Of a stretch of 64,000 nt of DNA, positions 18,253-27,960 are shown one piece after another. The translations under genes and the position numbers were made by a program. The notes below the pieces were generated by a model, which was given only the letters and a program-made list of their open reading frames with translations, was not told the origin of the DNA and did no database searches. Within the stretch, counting starts at the first letter, position 1. Each line of letters starts with the position of its first letter. The stretch lies in NCBI GenBank assembly GCA_963796685.1, contig CAWCMR010000013.1, positions 544,001 to 608,000 of the forward strand. Direction: 5' to 3'. This DNA comes from an uncultured delta proteobacterium. Lineage in GTDB: Bacteria; Myxococcota_A; Polyangia; Fen-1088.

Positions 18253-19564
18253 TCACGTCCCTGCCCCGTTCAAGGACACCAGTGCAAAAAGCAGATCCGC
18301 GCGGTCCAGGACGCCGACCAAGCGCTTCTGGGCGTCGACCACCGCCACGATCTTGTGCTTGCCTCCCAGCATGGCGGCGATGGCCTCGCGCAACGGCGCG
18401 CTTTCGTCAACCACAGCCGTCTCGACCAGCAGGTCGGCCGCGGTCCTCGCCTTCGCGTGCTGCTCGGCCAACTGCATCTCGGGTTTGGGGTGCACGAACG
18501 GCAGACGATGGACGAGCGAGCGCAGGGCACTCGGCCGCAGGGCCGGGGTCACGCGCTCCAGGATTTCGGCATCGGTGATTTTGCCGAGCACGCGCCGTTC
18601 GCGATCCACGACCAGGCAACGATTGAGCCGGGTCGAGGTCACTGCCTGCAGGACTTCCGGCAGGTGGGTGTCGGGAAATACCGTCGGGACTTCCGTGCGC
18701 ATGGCGCGCGCGACAGGAGCAGCGACGGCCAGATCGAGGATGGGCGGCGTCCTCTCCGACGCCTCGCCGATGCGGACCGCGGTGCGCAGGACGTCGAGCC
18801 TGCTCACCATTCCGACCAAGGCGCCGCGCTCGTCCACGACGGGCAGACGCTTGAGGCGCCTGGCGGTCATGCAGCTCGGCAACTTGCGTGAGCGGTGTGG
18901 ACGCGCGCACCGTGACCGGTCCCGGCGTCATGACCTCGGCCGCGCTCTTCGCTCCGCGCACCAACCGTTCGAGCTCGGCGTGCAGCTCCGGGGTGTCGAG
19001 TGCCTGCAAGAGCTCCATGCGCATGGTAAGGCCGCCCCGCTTGAGGAGATCCGAATTGGTGATGATTCCGACCGGGATCCCGGACTCCACCACGGGGACC
19101 GCGCGGTAGGGCTTGCCCATCATCAGAGCGACAATCTCCCGAATGGCGGCACTGCGCGCAAAGGAGACGACATCGCGAGACATCACGTCCGAAGCGCACA
19201 AAGTAGACGAGACGTCACGCACCGGATAGGCGCTGCACAGCGCGACCTCGGTGTCCTCGACCGTGATGAGGCCGTGCCTGACCATCTCCTTGATGCGCGG
19301 GAGCAGTCGGTTCACCTGCTCCGTCCTCTCAATCCATTCGATCACGATGGGGAGGCGCTCGACGAGGTCGACCCAGCGCAAGGTGTGAATCTTTCCCGAC
19401 GAGCCGAATCCCTCGATCGCCCGCATCACCGTGGCCCCTGCGGCGCCCTCCTTGCGCAGAAAGGCCACCAAGGCCGCGTCGATGGGCTGATGACCGTGCA
19501 GCTCCCCCTCGTGGACATAGATGCGAACCCGTTTTGCCTTGCCCAAGAGTCCAGTGTTCGCCAT
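18253..19564 (-). CDS. DUF190 (PII-like) + tandem CBS-domain protein; +1 frameshift near 18871
   Basis: DUF190 motifs (RVRIYV.E...GAAGATV.RAIEGFG...LPIVIEWIE) followed by CBS repeats. QVAEL joins MTARRLKRLPVVD after removing one base; length 1312 = 3n+1. Confidence 0.82.
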
Positions 19565-19830
19565 GGGGTCCTCCTGAAGTGTGAGAGGGCGAGCCAGGGG
19601 CAGCCGAACGAGCCCCGGCTACCGCCTAGTCTATTCCTGAAATTTCAAACCGGCGATTGGCGTCCGAGCTCTGTCCATCCGTTACCGTTTCAGGATGGTC
19701 GCGTCGGACTTGTTACGGTTTGGAAGCATCCAACCGGGCGATGAAGGCAGCATTTGGGCACCGAAAGCCGCGAAGTTGCCACGTGACAGTTTGGTCACGA
19801 AATTGCAACGCGCACGGCCAGGAGTGAACC

Positions 19831-20562
19831 GTGAAGAAAGCGACGAACCAAGAAAAACGCCAGAGGATCGCACAGTCGGCCGTGCGTGAGTCGCCAAACC
19901 CGGCATTGACGAGCGAGCTTGGCGGAGAGTGGAACTTCACCGCGTTCGAGGCGTGGGTCGGCGGTTGCGAAGACAAGGCCTTTCGGCTCGCCATGCATTT
20001 CCTGCGCGACGAGCGGGCCGCGCAAAAAATCTTGCAAGAGACGTTCTTGGCGGCCTGGGAAAACATCCAAGCATTTCCTAACCGGAGACGATTCAACGCC
20101 TGGATTTATCGAACCACGGTCAAGTCTGCCCTGGAGCGCCTGCAATCGACCCGGAGCCGTGGACAGCTTTCCGAGGATCGTACCTTGCTGTTCCTGTTCA
20201 CCACCCGGGAGTTCTGGAGTCGACTGACCGTGGATGAAGATCCGGATTGGTCCATGCGTGCGCCCCACCAATTCGTGTCGGAGGAGTTGTTGCGACACAT
20301 TCGCAAGGCCGTCGACTCGCTGCCCCTGGAGCTGCGCGCGGCATTCGTCCTGGGCGCTTTGGAGGAAATGTCCGCCGAGGAGAGCGCCGATATCCTCGAC
20401 CTCCCGGCCATGACGGTAAAGTCGCAACTTGAAGCCGCCACCCTGGCCATCCGCCACGCCATCGGCAGCTACTTTGCCCGCCGCATCGGCAAAGGCGTCC
20501 TTTCGCACCCCACCGCGAACAATCTCGGTGTCGCGGATAGCACGCCGGTTGCGAGGAATTAG
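19831..20562 (+). CDS. ECF sigma factor-like protein with degenerate DNA-binding residues
   Basis: Region 2 (AFRLAMHFL...ILQETFLAAW...F..WIYR) and region 4 (LP..LRAAFVL...TVKSQL); collinear with the sigma factor at 44015-44665. Confidence 0.75.
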   Translation: MKKATNQEKRQRIAQSAVRESPNPALTSELGGEWNFTAFEAWVGGCEDKAFRLAMHFLRDERAAQKILQETFLAAWENIQAFPNRRRFNAWIYRTTVKSALERLQSTRSRGQLSEDRTLLFLFTTREFWSRLTVDEDPDWSMRAPHQFVSEELLRHIRKAVDSLPLELRAAFVLGALEEMSAEESADILDLPAMTVKSQLEAATLAIRHAIGSYFARRIGKGVLSHPTANNLGVADSTPVARN

Positions 20563-20617
20563 CGAGCAATCTTCGAGGCTAAGGCGGAGCCTCGCCCGCC
20601 ACGTCGGAGGCGGCAGA

Positions 20618-20971
20618 TCAGCGCGGCATGTCGGCCAGGCCGCCGGCGTTGATGACGTCGGCGTAGCCGGCTTGCTTCATGGCGCGGGCGGCGGACGAGC
20701 TGCGCGCACCGGAGGCGCAGTAGAGGACCACGGGCTTGTCCTTGGGGATCTCGCCGAGCCGACGGCCGAGTTCCGAGAGCGGGATGTTCTTGGCGCCGGG
20801 ATAGGCGCCGTCGCGGAATTCCTCGGGCGTGCGCACGTCGACGATGACGGCGCCCGAGTCCAGTTTTTGCTTCACGATGCTAGATGCCACTTTTCCACCT
20901 CCAAGAAAGCGTTTGAGGATGATGACGGTGATGACTGCGATGGCGATGTAGGTCAGGGTTTGCGTGCTCAA
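20618..20971 (-). CDS. Membrane-anchored rhodanese-domain protein
   Basis: N-terminal TM; motifs IVDVRTPEEF, GAKNIPL and LYCASGARS. Probable TTG start at 20971 overlapping the upstream stop. Confidence 0.88.
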   Translation of the reverse strand: MSTQTLTYIAIAVITVIILKRFLGGGKVASSIVKQKLDSGAVIVDVRTPEEFRDGAYPGAKNIPLSELGRRLGEIPKDKPVVLYCASGARSSSAARAMKQAGYADVINAGGLADMPR

Positions 20972-22627
20972 GGTGTCTCCCAATTGAAGCCGCCCTCGGC
21001 GAGCATGCTCAGGTGCCCGCCGGTGACGTTGGCCACGTCGGCGAAGCCCTGCTGCTTGAGCACGCGCACGGCCAGGTGCGCGCGAAAGCCCGAGCGGCAG
21101 TGCACGAGGATGCGCCGGTTCTTGGGCAGGCGTTCGCTCTCGAAGCGCAGGTCGTCCACCGGGATGTGCACGGCGCCGGCCAGGTGCGAGGTCTCGTATT
21201 CGCCCAACGTGCGCACGTCGAGCACGACGGGCGGTTCAGGCTTGGCCAGCTCGGCCTTGAGCTCGGCCGCGGACACGAGCGGGCTGAATCCGGAGAGGTC
21301 GTTGAGCCCGATGAAGGCCGCCAGGTTGATGGGATCGTTGGCCGTCGAGTACGGCGGCGCGTAGGCGGAGATCCAGCTCGGCCAGATCGTGCAGGGTCAG
21401 CTTGCCGGCCAGGGCGGTGGCGAGCACGTCGATGCGCTTGTCCACGCCGGCCGGGCCGAAGGCCTGGGCGCCAAGCAGACGCGCGGTCTTCTTGTCGTAG
21501 ACCAGCTTGAGCGACAGCTCTTCGGCGCCCGGGTAGTAGCCGGCGTGGTGGCCTTTGTAGATCACCGCAACCCCGACCGCGAAGCCGGCTTCGCGCGCCG
21601 CACGTTCGGTCAGTCCCGTGGAAGCGGCCGTGGATTCGAAGATCTTGACCGCGCTGGTGCCGAGCGCGCCGCGAAAGCTCATGTCCATGCCGAGCGCGTT
21701 CGAGGCCGCGATGCGCCCTTGGCGATTGGCCGGCCCCGCCAGCGGTACGCGCACGCGCCGACCCGAAACTTTATGGAGAATCTCCAGCATGTCCCCTGCC
21801 CCGTAGATGTCCGGGTCGGTGGTGCGCAAGCGATCGTCGACCAGAAGTCCGCCGGTGGGCCCGATCTCCAAGCCCGCCTTGCGCGCAAGCGTCAGCTCGG
21901 GGCGCACGCCGACCGAGAACAACACCAGATCCGCGGGCAGCTTTCGCCCGTCGCCAAGCACCACGGTTCGATCGGCAACCGACTCGACCTTTACGCCGGT
22001 CAGCACCTTTACCCCGTTTTGTTCCAGCGTCGAGGCGATCTGATGGCCGAACTCGGGATCCATGGTGGCCATCACGCTGGGCAAGAGCTCGACCACCGTG
22101 GTGTCGAGACCGCGTTTCGAGAGCGCCTCGGCCATTTCCAGGCCGATGAATCCTCCCCCGACCACCACGGCGGTGCGCGGCTTGTCCTTTTCGATGTAGC
22201 TGTGCATGCGGTCCATGTCCGGCACGGTCCACAATTTGAAGACGTGGGTCTGGTCGGCCCCCGGCATAGGCGGTGTGATGGGATTACCGCCCTGGGCGAG
22301 GATGAGCTTGTCGTAGGCGAGCCACGATTCGCCGTCCTTGCCGCGCACGAGAACCCTCTTGCCTGACCGGTCGAGGTCGATGGCCTCGGTTTCGAGCAGG
22401 ACGCGCACGGCGTAGCGGGCATCGAAGCCTTCGGGCGTTTGCAGCAGCAGCTCCGAGCGTTTCTGGATATCGCGCGAAATGAAGTAGGGCAGCCCGCAGT
22501 TGGCGTACGAGACGTAGGGACCGCGCTCGACCACGGTGATCTCGGCCTCCTCGCTGATTCGGCGTGCCCTAGCCGCGGCCGTGGCGCCGCCCGCGACACC
22601 TCCGACGATGACAATCTTGGTTTTCAT
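20968..22627 (-). CDS. CoA-disulfide reductase/NADH oxidase family with C-terminal rhodanese; +1 frameshift near 21365
   Basis: Motifs GGVAGG, SYANCGLPY, GGGFIGLE and PLAGPANRQGR. ELDL joins AYAPPYS after removing one C; rhodanese motif HCRSGFR; length 1660 = 3n+1. Confidence 0.9.
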
Positions 22628-22719
22628 GGTTCCCCGTTTGGAGCCAACCATGGCCAGAAGGATTCGTCAGCGCAAAGAAGATCGGCGTGGAAGCCCGCAC
22701 CGCCGGCCCGGCCGCAGGA

Positions 22720-25700
22720 TCAAGGGATGATGATCTTGCACGTGGCACTGCAGTTGCCACCGCTGTCGCACTCTTCGCCGTACTGCGACTGAATCCGGCC
22801 GTCGCCGCAGTAGGGCGCCCAGGTACAGAACGACGTGCATATACCCGGGCCGTAGGCGGTCGCCAGCGTCACGTTGGCGGCGCCAAAATCGCACTGCTCG
22901 GGGCCGTTCTTGATGCCGTCGCCGCAGTAGCCGGGCAGCGTGCAGTCGGGCGAGCAGGTCCCGTAGCTGCCGTTGTTCACGCCGTTGTCGCATTGCTCGC
23001 CGGGATCCTTGACGCCGTTGCCGCACTTGAACCTGCAGTTGACATCGCAGGCGCTGGCCGGGGTGCCGTTGCTGGCACCGTCGTCGCATTGTTCGGGTGG
23101 ATCCACGACGTTGTTCCCGCAAGATGGCAGCGGCACGAAGCCCTTGCAATCGGGCGAGCAGGAGCCGGGCAGGCCGCTGTTGACACCGTCGTCGCACACC
23201 TCGCCGAACTGCCCCTGCACCTCTTTGTCGCCGCAGTACGGGGCGGGTTCGCACTGGTTCGTACACAGGGACCGACCGTAGGCCGTGGCGCTGTTCATCG
23301 CGCCCAGGTCGCAAGCCTCGGTTCCGTTGACCACGCCATCGCCACAGTAGGGCGCCCAAACACAACCGGGAGCGCACGTACCGTAGGTGCCATCGTTCTT
23401 GCCGTCATCGCACTGCTCGGGACCATTCTTGACGCCGTCGCCGCAGTACGGACCGGAGGTGCACTGCGGGGTGCACATGCCGTAACCGCCGGTGTTCAGC
23501 GCCACGCCGTTGTCGCAGTCCTCCCCAGGATCGAGGAGGCCATTGCCGCACTTGAAGGTGCAGGTGCTCGTGCACTTGCTTCCGCTGGTGCCGTTCTTGG
23601 CGCCGTCGTCGCACTGCTCGGCGCCGTTGATGACCCCATCGCCGCAGCGCTCGCCCAGCGTACAGGCGGCCGTGCAGTGTCCGTAGCCGGCACCGTTCAG
23701 GGCGCCCTCGTCGCACTCCTCACCGTTCGACACGACCGCGTCGCCGCAGTACGGAGCCCACCGACAGCTCGGCCCGCATTGGGTCGAGGTCCCCCCATAA
23801 GTCGCGAGATTCACGCCGTCGTCGCATTGCTCGGGCGGGTTCTGAACGACCTTGTCACCGCAGCGGGGCGGCAGGGTGCAGTCCGGATTGCAGGTCCCGT
23901 AGGCGCCGGTGTTGTTGGCGGCGCCAAGGTCGCAAGCCTCTCCACGGGTGACGATACCGTCGCCGCACACGCTGTGGCACACGCTCTTCGGGGCATTGAA
24001 CCCGCTGAGCGTCAGCTTGTAGTTCGAGGCGATGACGTGCCGCTCGGCCTGGAAGACGACAATCTCGTAGATGTTGCCTGGCACCATACCGAAGCCGCCC
24101 ACGAAGGTCGTGCAATTCGCCGGTGCCGGGGTATCGCACACGGACTGCCCGGCACACGCCGGCGGAGTGTCGTCGGCGCAAGCCTGCGTGCTCGTCCCAT
24201 TGAGAGTGACGATGCCGCGCAACTCGTTGTGGATACCGCCGAGATCGACCGCGAGCTGGCCGTTGACGAAGACCCAGACGTCGTCGTCACCACGGAACTC
24301 AAGCTGTTCGCCACCGCCGTACTGAAACCAGTAGTGCGCCTCGCTGGTGAAGTTGTAATTGTGAACCAAGGTGGGGTTGGTCGCAGGGTAGTTGATGTTT
24401 CCGAACCCCAGACCGTCCAGAGGGAAAAACGCCGAGCTGTAGTACTGATAGGTTCCGGTGCCGATCTGATTCAAGGTCAGGGTGCTTTGGATCGTGACTC
24501 GGGTGACGGCGGGGTTGGCCGCATCTACCGATGGGTTGCCCGTGGCATTGGGATCGTCGGTGTACCACTGGGCATAGTTGGACGCGACTTGCGCGGCACT
24601 CAGGGATGCCGTGTTGCTGGAGGGCTTGGTGCGGAAGGTGGCACCGGTGGCGTCGCTCATGAGCGTGTCGCTGGTGCTCGTGCTCATGGCCGGCCCATCC
24701 ATGGTCCAAGGCCGCCCGAGCGATGTGCCGGCATTGTTTCCGATGTAGGCCGCGTTGAAGGCCGGCTTGCCATCCACGCCGATCGCGCTCTCGGCGATGC
24801 CCACCTGTCGCTGATCGTAGACAGGACTGACCTCGAACTGCGGGTGGTGCCAGTTGAAATCGCGATACAGGATGGGCACGGTCAGCGTGGTGCCCAGGGC
24901 AGGCGCCGAGGCGGTGCAGGTGTAGCCCGGCTCGATGGTGCACGTCGAGGAGCAGCCGTCACCGTTTTGCAGGTTGCCGTCGTCGCACTGTTCGCCGGGC
25001 ATCTTGATGCCGTCGCCGCAGACCGAGAAACACTGGTAGGGCTGAGCCGTGTCGTTGTTCGGGTAGCCGCACTTGGGCTCGTTGGTGCACGTGGGCGAGC
25101 AACCGTCGAACGGGCGGACATTGCCATCATCACACTGCTCGGTGCCTTCCTTGTGCCCATCGCCGCAAACCGTCTGGTAGCACGCCGTCGACAAGGCCGC
25201 GGGATGCCACGTGTCGGGCCCGCAAGCGTACCCGAGCTCAATCTGACACGTCGAGCTGCAGCCGTCGTTCGAGGCCGTGTTGCCATCGTCGCATTGTTCG
25301 GTCCCGGCGAGGATGCCGTCGCCGCAGGCCTTGGCCGTACACGCCGCCGCCACCACCGGGCAGGTCCAGCCAGGCTCGAGCTGGCAGGTTGCGCCGCAGC
25401 CATCGCCCGCGACCGAGTTGCCGTCGTCGCATTGCTCGGTCCCGCTGATCTTCCCGTCGCCGCATCGAACGGTGGAGACGCAGGGTTGGTTTGCGACGGG
25501 GCACGCGTAGTCGGGCTCGATGGTGCATTGTGGGCTGCACCCATCGCCACCTTTCGTGTTTCCGTCATCGCATTGCTCGCCGGTGGTCAGATTCACTACG
25601 CCGTCGCCACAGAATTCGACGAGCGTGCACGGCTTTCCTTGCGTGGGGCAATCCCAGCCCGGCTCGGTGAGACAGGTCGACGAGCATCCGTCGTTCGAGA

Positions 25701-26751
25701 GGGTATTGCCATCGTCGCAGCTTTCGCCAGGCCCCAAGATACCGTCGCCGCAGACGCCCGCCGACGGCTTGGTGCATGGACCGCCTGTGTTATTCGTGCC
25801 CCTGGGACATGTCCAGCCGGACTCGACCGTCGCACAGGTCGCCGAACAGCCATCCCCGCCCACGGTGTTGCCATCGTCGCACGCCTCGCCGGGATCGATG
25901 ATGCCATTGCCGCAAACCCAAAGGTGGATACATGCCGCGCCGGCCGTCGGACAGGCATAACCAGCCTCCAGCGTGCAGATGCCCGAGCAGCCATCGCCGG
26001 GAATGGCGTTTCCGTCGTCGCATTGCTCGCCATGGCCAGTCTGGACCACCCCGTCGCCACAGTACTCCACCGATGTGCACGGCTGACCGGGCTGCGGACA
26101 AGCCCAGTGCGGCTCGACCTTGCAGGTGGCGCTGCATCCGTCGCCGCTGGTGGTGTTTCCGTCGTCGCACTGCTCTCCGGCCTCGACCATACCGTTCCCG
26201 CAAACGCTGGGAGCCACGATGGGGGTGCAGGGCAGGCCCGGGGTGGTGCAGGCCCAACCCACCTCGACCGAGCAAATCGACGAGCAGCCATCGCCACCCA
26301 GGGAGTTGCCGTCGTCGCACGCCTCGCCGCCCTCGATCTTTCCATCGCCGCAGACCTGCGTCACGGTGTTGATGCACGGTCTGCCGGGGGTCGGGCACGC
26401 GTGACCAGGCTCCAGGGTACAAACGCCCGAGCAACCGTCACCCGGAACGAGATTGCCGTCATCGCACTGCTCGCCGGTCTGCAAAATGCCATCACCGCAA
26501 ATCGCCAGCTCGGGTGCGTCGGTGCAGTTGTCGCACCCATCCTGGCCGGGCGATGGCCCGCCGTCATGACTTCCACCTGGAAAGACGATGATGACGCCGT
26601 CCACTGCCGTCGGAGAACCGTCGTGGGCCGCTTGCCCGCCGCCTCCGACCGAACCCGTCCCGCCACAACCGGCTCCCAGGGAAAGCACCCCCCCATACAC
26701 GACCATAGCGGCCCTGGAGGCCAGTAAACGATACGATAAGTGATGTCTCAT
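22720..26751 (-). CDS. Large Cys-rich (DUF4215-type) repeat lipoprotein with central fibro-slime/PA14-like domain
   Basis: About 23 CGDG/CGNG...E.CD.G repeats. The central domain has YRDF...HP.FE, WY.D, FFPLD, HNYNFTSE, FRGDDDVWVFVNG.LA.DLGG.H and FQAER. Lipobox-like LGAGC. Start codon uncertain. Confidence 0.9.
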   Translation of the reverse strand: MRHHLSYRLLASRAAMVVYGGVLSLGAGCGGTGSVGGGGQAAHDGSPTAVDGVIIVFPGGSHDGGPSPGQDGCDNCTDAPELAICGDGILQTGEQCDDGNLVPGDGCSGVCTLEPGHACPTPGRPCINTVTQVCGDGKIEGGEACDDGNSLGGDGCSSICSVEVGWACTTPGLPCTPIVAPSVCGNGMVEAGEQCDDGNTTSGDGCSATCKVEPHWACPQPGQPCTSVEYCGDGVVQTGHGEQCDDGNAIPGDGCSGICTLEAGYACPTAGAACIHLWVCGNGIIDPGEACDDGNTVGGDGCSATCATVESGWTCPRGTNNTGGPCTKPSAGVCGDGILGPGESCDDGNTLSNDGCSSTCLTEPGWDCPTQGKPCTLVEFCGDGVVNLTTGEQCDDGNTKGGDGCSPQCTIEPDYACPVANQPCVSTVRCGDGKISGTEQCDDGNSVAGDGCGATCQLEPGWTCPVVAAACTAKACGDGILAGTEQCDDGNTASNDGCSSTCQIELGYACGPDTWHPAALSTACYQTVCGDGHKEGTEQCDDGNVRPFDGCSPTCTNEPKCGYPNNDTAQPYQCFSVCGDGIKMPGEQCDDGNLQNGDGCSSTCTIEPGYTCTASAPALGTTLTVPILYRDFNWHHPQFEVSPVYDQRQVGIAESAIGVDGKPAFNAAYIGNNAGTSLGRPWTMDGPAMSTSTSDTLMSDATGATFRTKPSSNTASLSAAQVASNYAQWYTDDPNATGNPSVDAANPAVTRVTIQSTLTLNQIGTGTYQYYSSAFFPLDGLGFGNINYPATNPTLVHNYNFTSEAHYWFQYGGGEQLEFRGDDDVWVFVNGQLAVDLGGIHNELRGIVTLNGTSTQACADDTPPACAGQSVCDTPAPANCTTFVGGFGMVPGNIYEIVVFQAERHVIASNYKLTLSGFNAPKSVCHSVCGDGIVTRGEACDLGAANNTGAYGTCNPDCTLPPRCGDKVVQNPPEQCDDGVNLATYGGTSTQCGPSCRWAPYCGDAVVSNGEECDEGALNGAGYGHCTAACTLGERCGDGVINGAEQCDDGAKNGTSGSKCTSTCTFKCGNGLLDPGEDCDNGVALNTGGYGMCTPQCTSGPYCGDGVKNGPEQCDDGKNDGTYGTCAPGCVWAPYCGDGVVNGTEACDLGAMNSATAYGRSLCTNQCEPAPYCGDKEVQGQFGEVCDDGVNSGLPGSCSPDCKGFVPLPSCGNNVVDPPEQCDDGASNGTPASACDVNCRFKCGNGVKDPGEQCDNGVNNGSYGTCSPDCTLPGYCGDGIKNGPEQCDFGAANVTLATAYGPGICTSFCTWAPYCGDGRIQSQYGEECDSGGNCSATCKIIIP

Positions 26752-26862
26752 GTTCTGAATATTAGTACCGCCGACCACTCAAAAGTTGAACACAAATGAG
26801 ATTTCTTGCCGACCATGGTTGAAGGTGCGGGTACCGCCTTGGCGTTGTAGGTTTGGGGCCCG

Positions 26863-27340
26863 ATGTCTTTCCAAGACCTCTGTGCGACCCGCGATCATCC
26901 GGACCCGATCTACGCCACCCAGGCGTGTCTCAATCGGGTCCACGCCAGGGAGCACCCGATGTGCGTCGTGTGCACCTCGCAAAACCCGAGGAGCCTACGG
27001 CTGAAGTTCAAGGTCCAGCCCGACGGCTCGGTGACCTCCGTGTTCGATTGCCTGCCCGTGCTGCAAAGCTATCCGCAAGTGCTGCACGGCGGGGTCATCT
27101 CGGCGATTCTGGACTCGGCGATGGTGAACGTGTTGTTTGCCGCCGACATCGTGGCCGTCACCGCCACGATGGAGCTGCGCTACCTGGCGCCCACCGCGAC
27201 CGGCCGCTTCGCCATGGCCCGAGCGTGGACCGAGAAGCTCCGCCGCGCATCCGCTGTACCTGCAGCGGGCAGAGCTGATCCAGGACGGAAGAACCATGGT
27301 CGAAGCCAGGGCCAAGTTCCTGGTTCGCGGCGCCTACTGA
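26863..27340 (+). CDS. PaaI family hotdog thioesterase; +1 frameshift near 27240
   Basis: Motifs CVVC..QNP..L.L.F, LHGGVISAILDSAM and VTATMELRY. EKL joins AAHPLYL...VEARAKF after removing one C; length 478 = 3n+1. Confidence 0.82.
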
Positions 27341-27960
27341 AGCTTGGCGGCGGCCCTGCGCGCGTTCTCGATGAACGCGACCAGCTTGCTCACGTTTTTG
27401 ATGCCGGGCTTGGATTCGACGCCGCTGGCCACGTCCACGCCGTCCGGGCGCACGGTCTCGATGGCCGTGGCCACCTCCATCGGTCCCAACCCACCCGCGA
27501 GCAGGAACGGTCGGCGCGCCCCCGCGGCCACGATCTGCCAGGGCGGGCGCTTGCCCGACCCGCCGTAGCCTTCCGCAAAGGCATCGTAAAGAAAATAGCG
27601 CGGGTTCCAGCCCGTCGCCGCCGACAGCGAGGATTCGTCGAACACGCGGATGGCGCGGATGATTTTGTTGCCCGCCAGGCTCGACCAGACTTGCGCCTTC
27701 TCGTCGCCGTGAAACTGCACCAGGTCCAGCCCGAGATCGCTCAGGCTCTCATCGACCAAGAGCGGGTGCGGGTTGACGAAGACGCCGATCTTGAGCACGC
27801 CAGGGCTCACGGCGGCCAGGATCTCGCGCGCTTGCCCGTCCTCGACGTAGCGCTTGGACCCGCGCCAAAGGTTGATGCCGATGGCGCCCGCGCCTTCGCG
27901 GCAGGCAATCTCGGCGTCCTCGGGCCGGGTGATGCCGCAGATCTTGATGAGGAAGCCCAT
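27334..27960 (-). CDS. trpF: Phosphoribosylanthranilate isomerase
   Basis: Motifs IKICGIT, QFHGDE, LYDA...GGSG, LAGGL and DVASGVE. Confidence 0.95.
   Translation of the reverse strand: MGFLIKICGITRPEDAEIACREGAGAIGINLWRGSKRYVEDGQAREILAAVSPGVLKIGVFVNPHPLLVDESLSDLGLDLVQFHGDEKAQVWSSLAGNKIIRAIRVFDESSLSAATGWNPRYFLYDAFAEGYGGSGKRPPWQIVAAGARRPFLLAGGLGPMEVATAIETVRPDGVDVASGVESKPGIKNVSKLVAFIENARRAAAKLQ

Noticed and set aside
19565-19760. Fluoride riboswitch ahead of the DUF190 gene
   Set aside because: The conserved GATGG...CGCC/GCTGATG core was not found on the coding strand.
19782-19799. Rex or CRP operator
   Set aside because: The GTGA/TCAC spacer is 8 bp rather than 6 and the flanks do not match the consensus.
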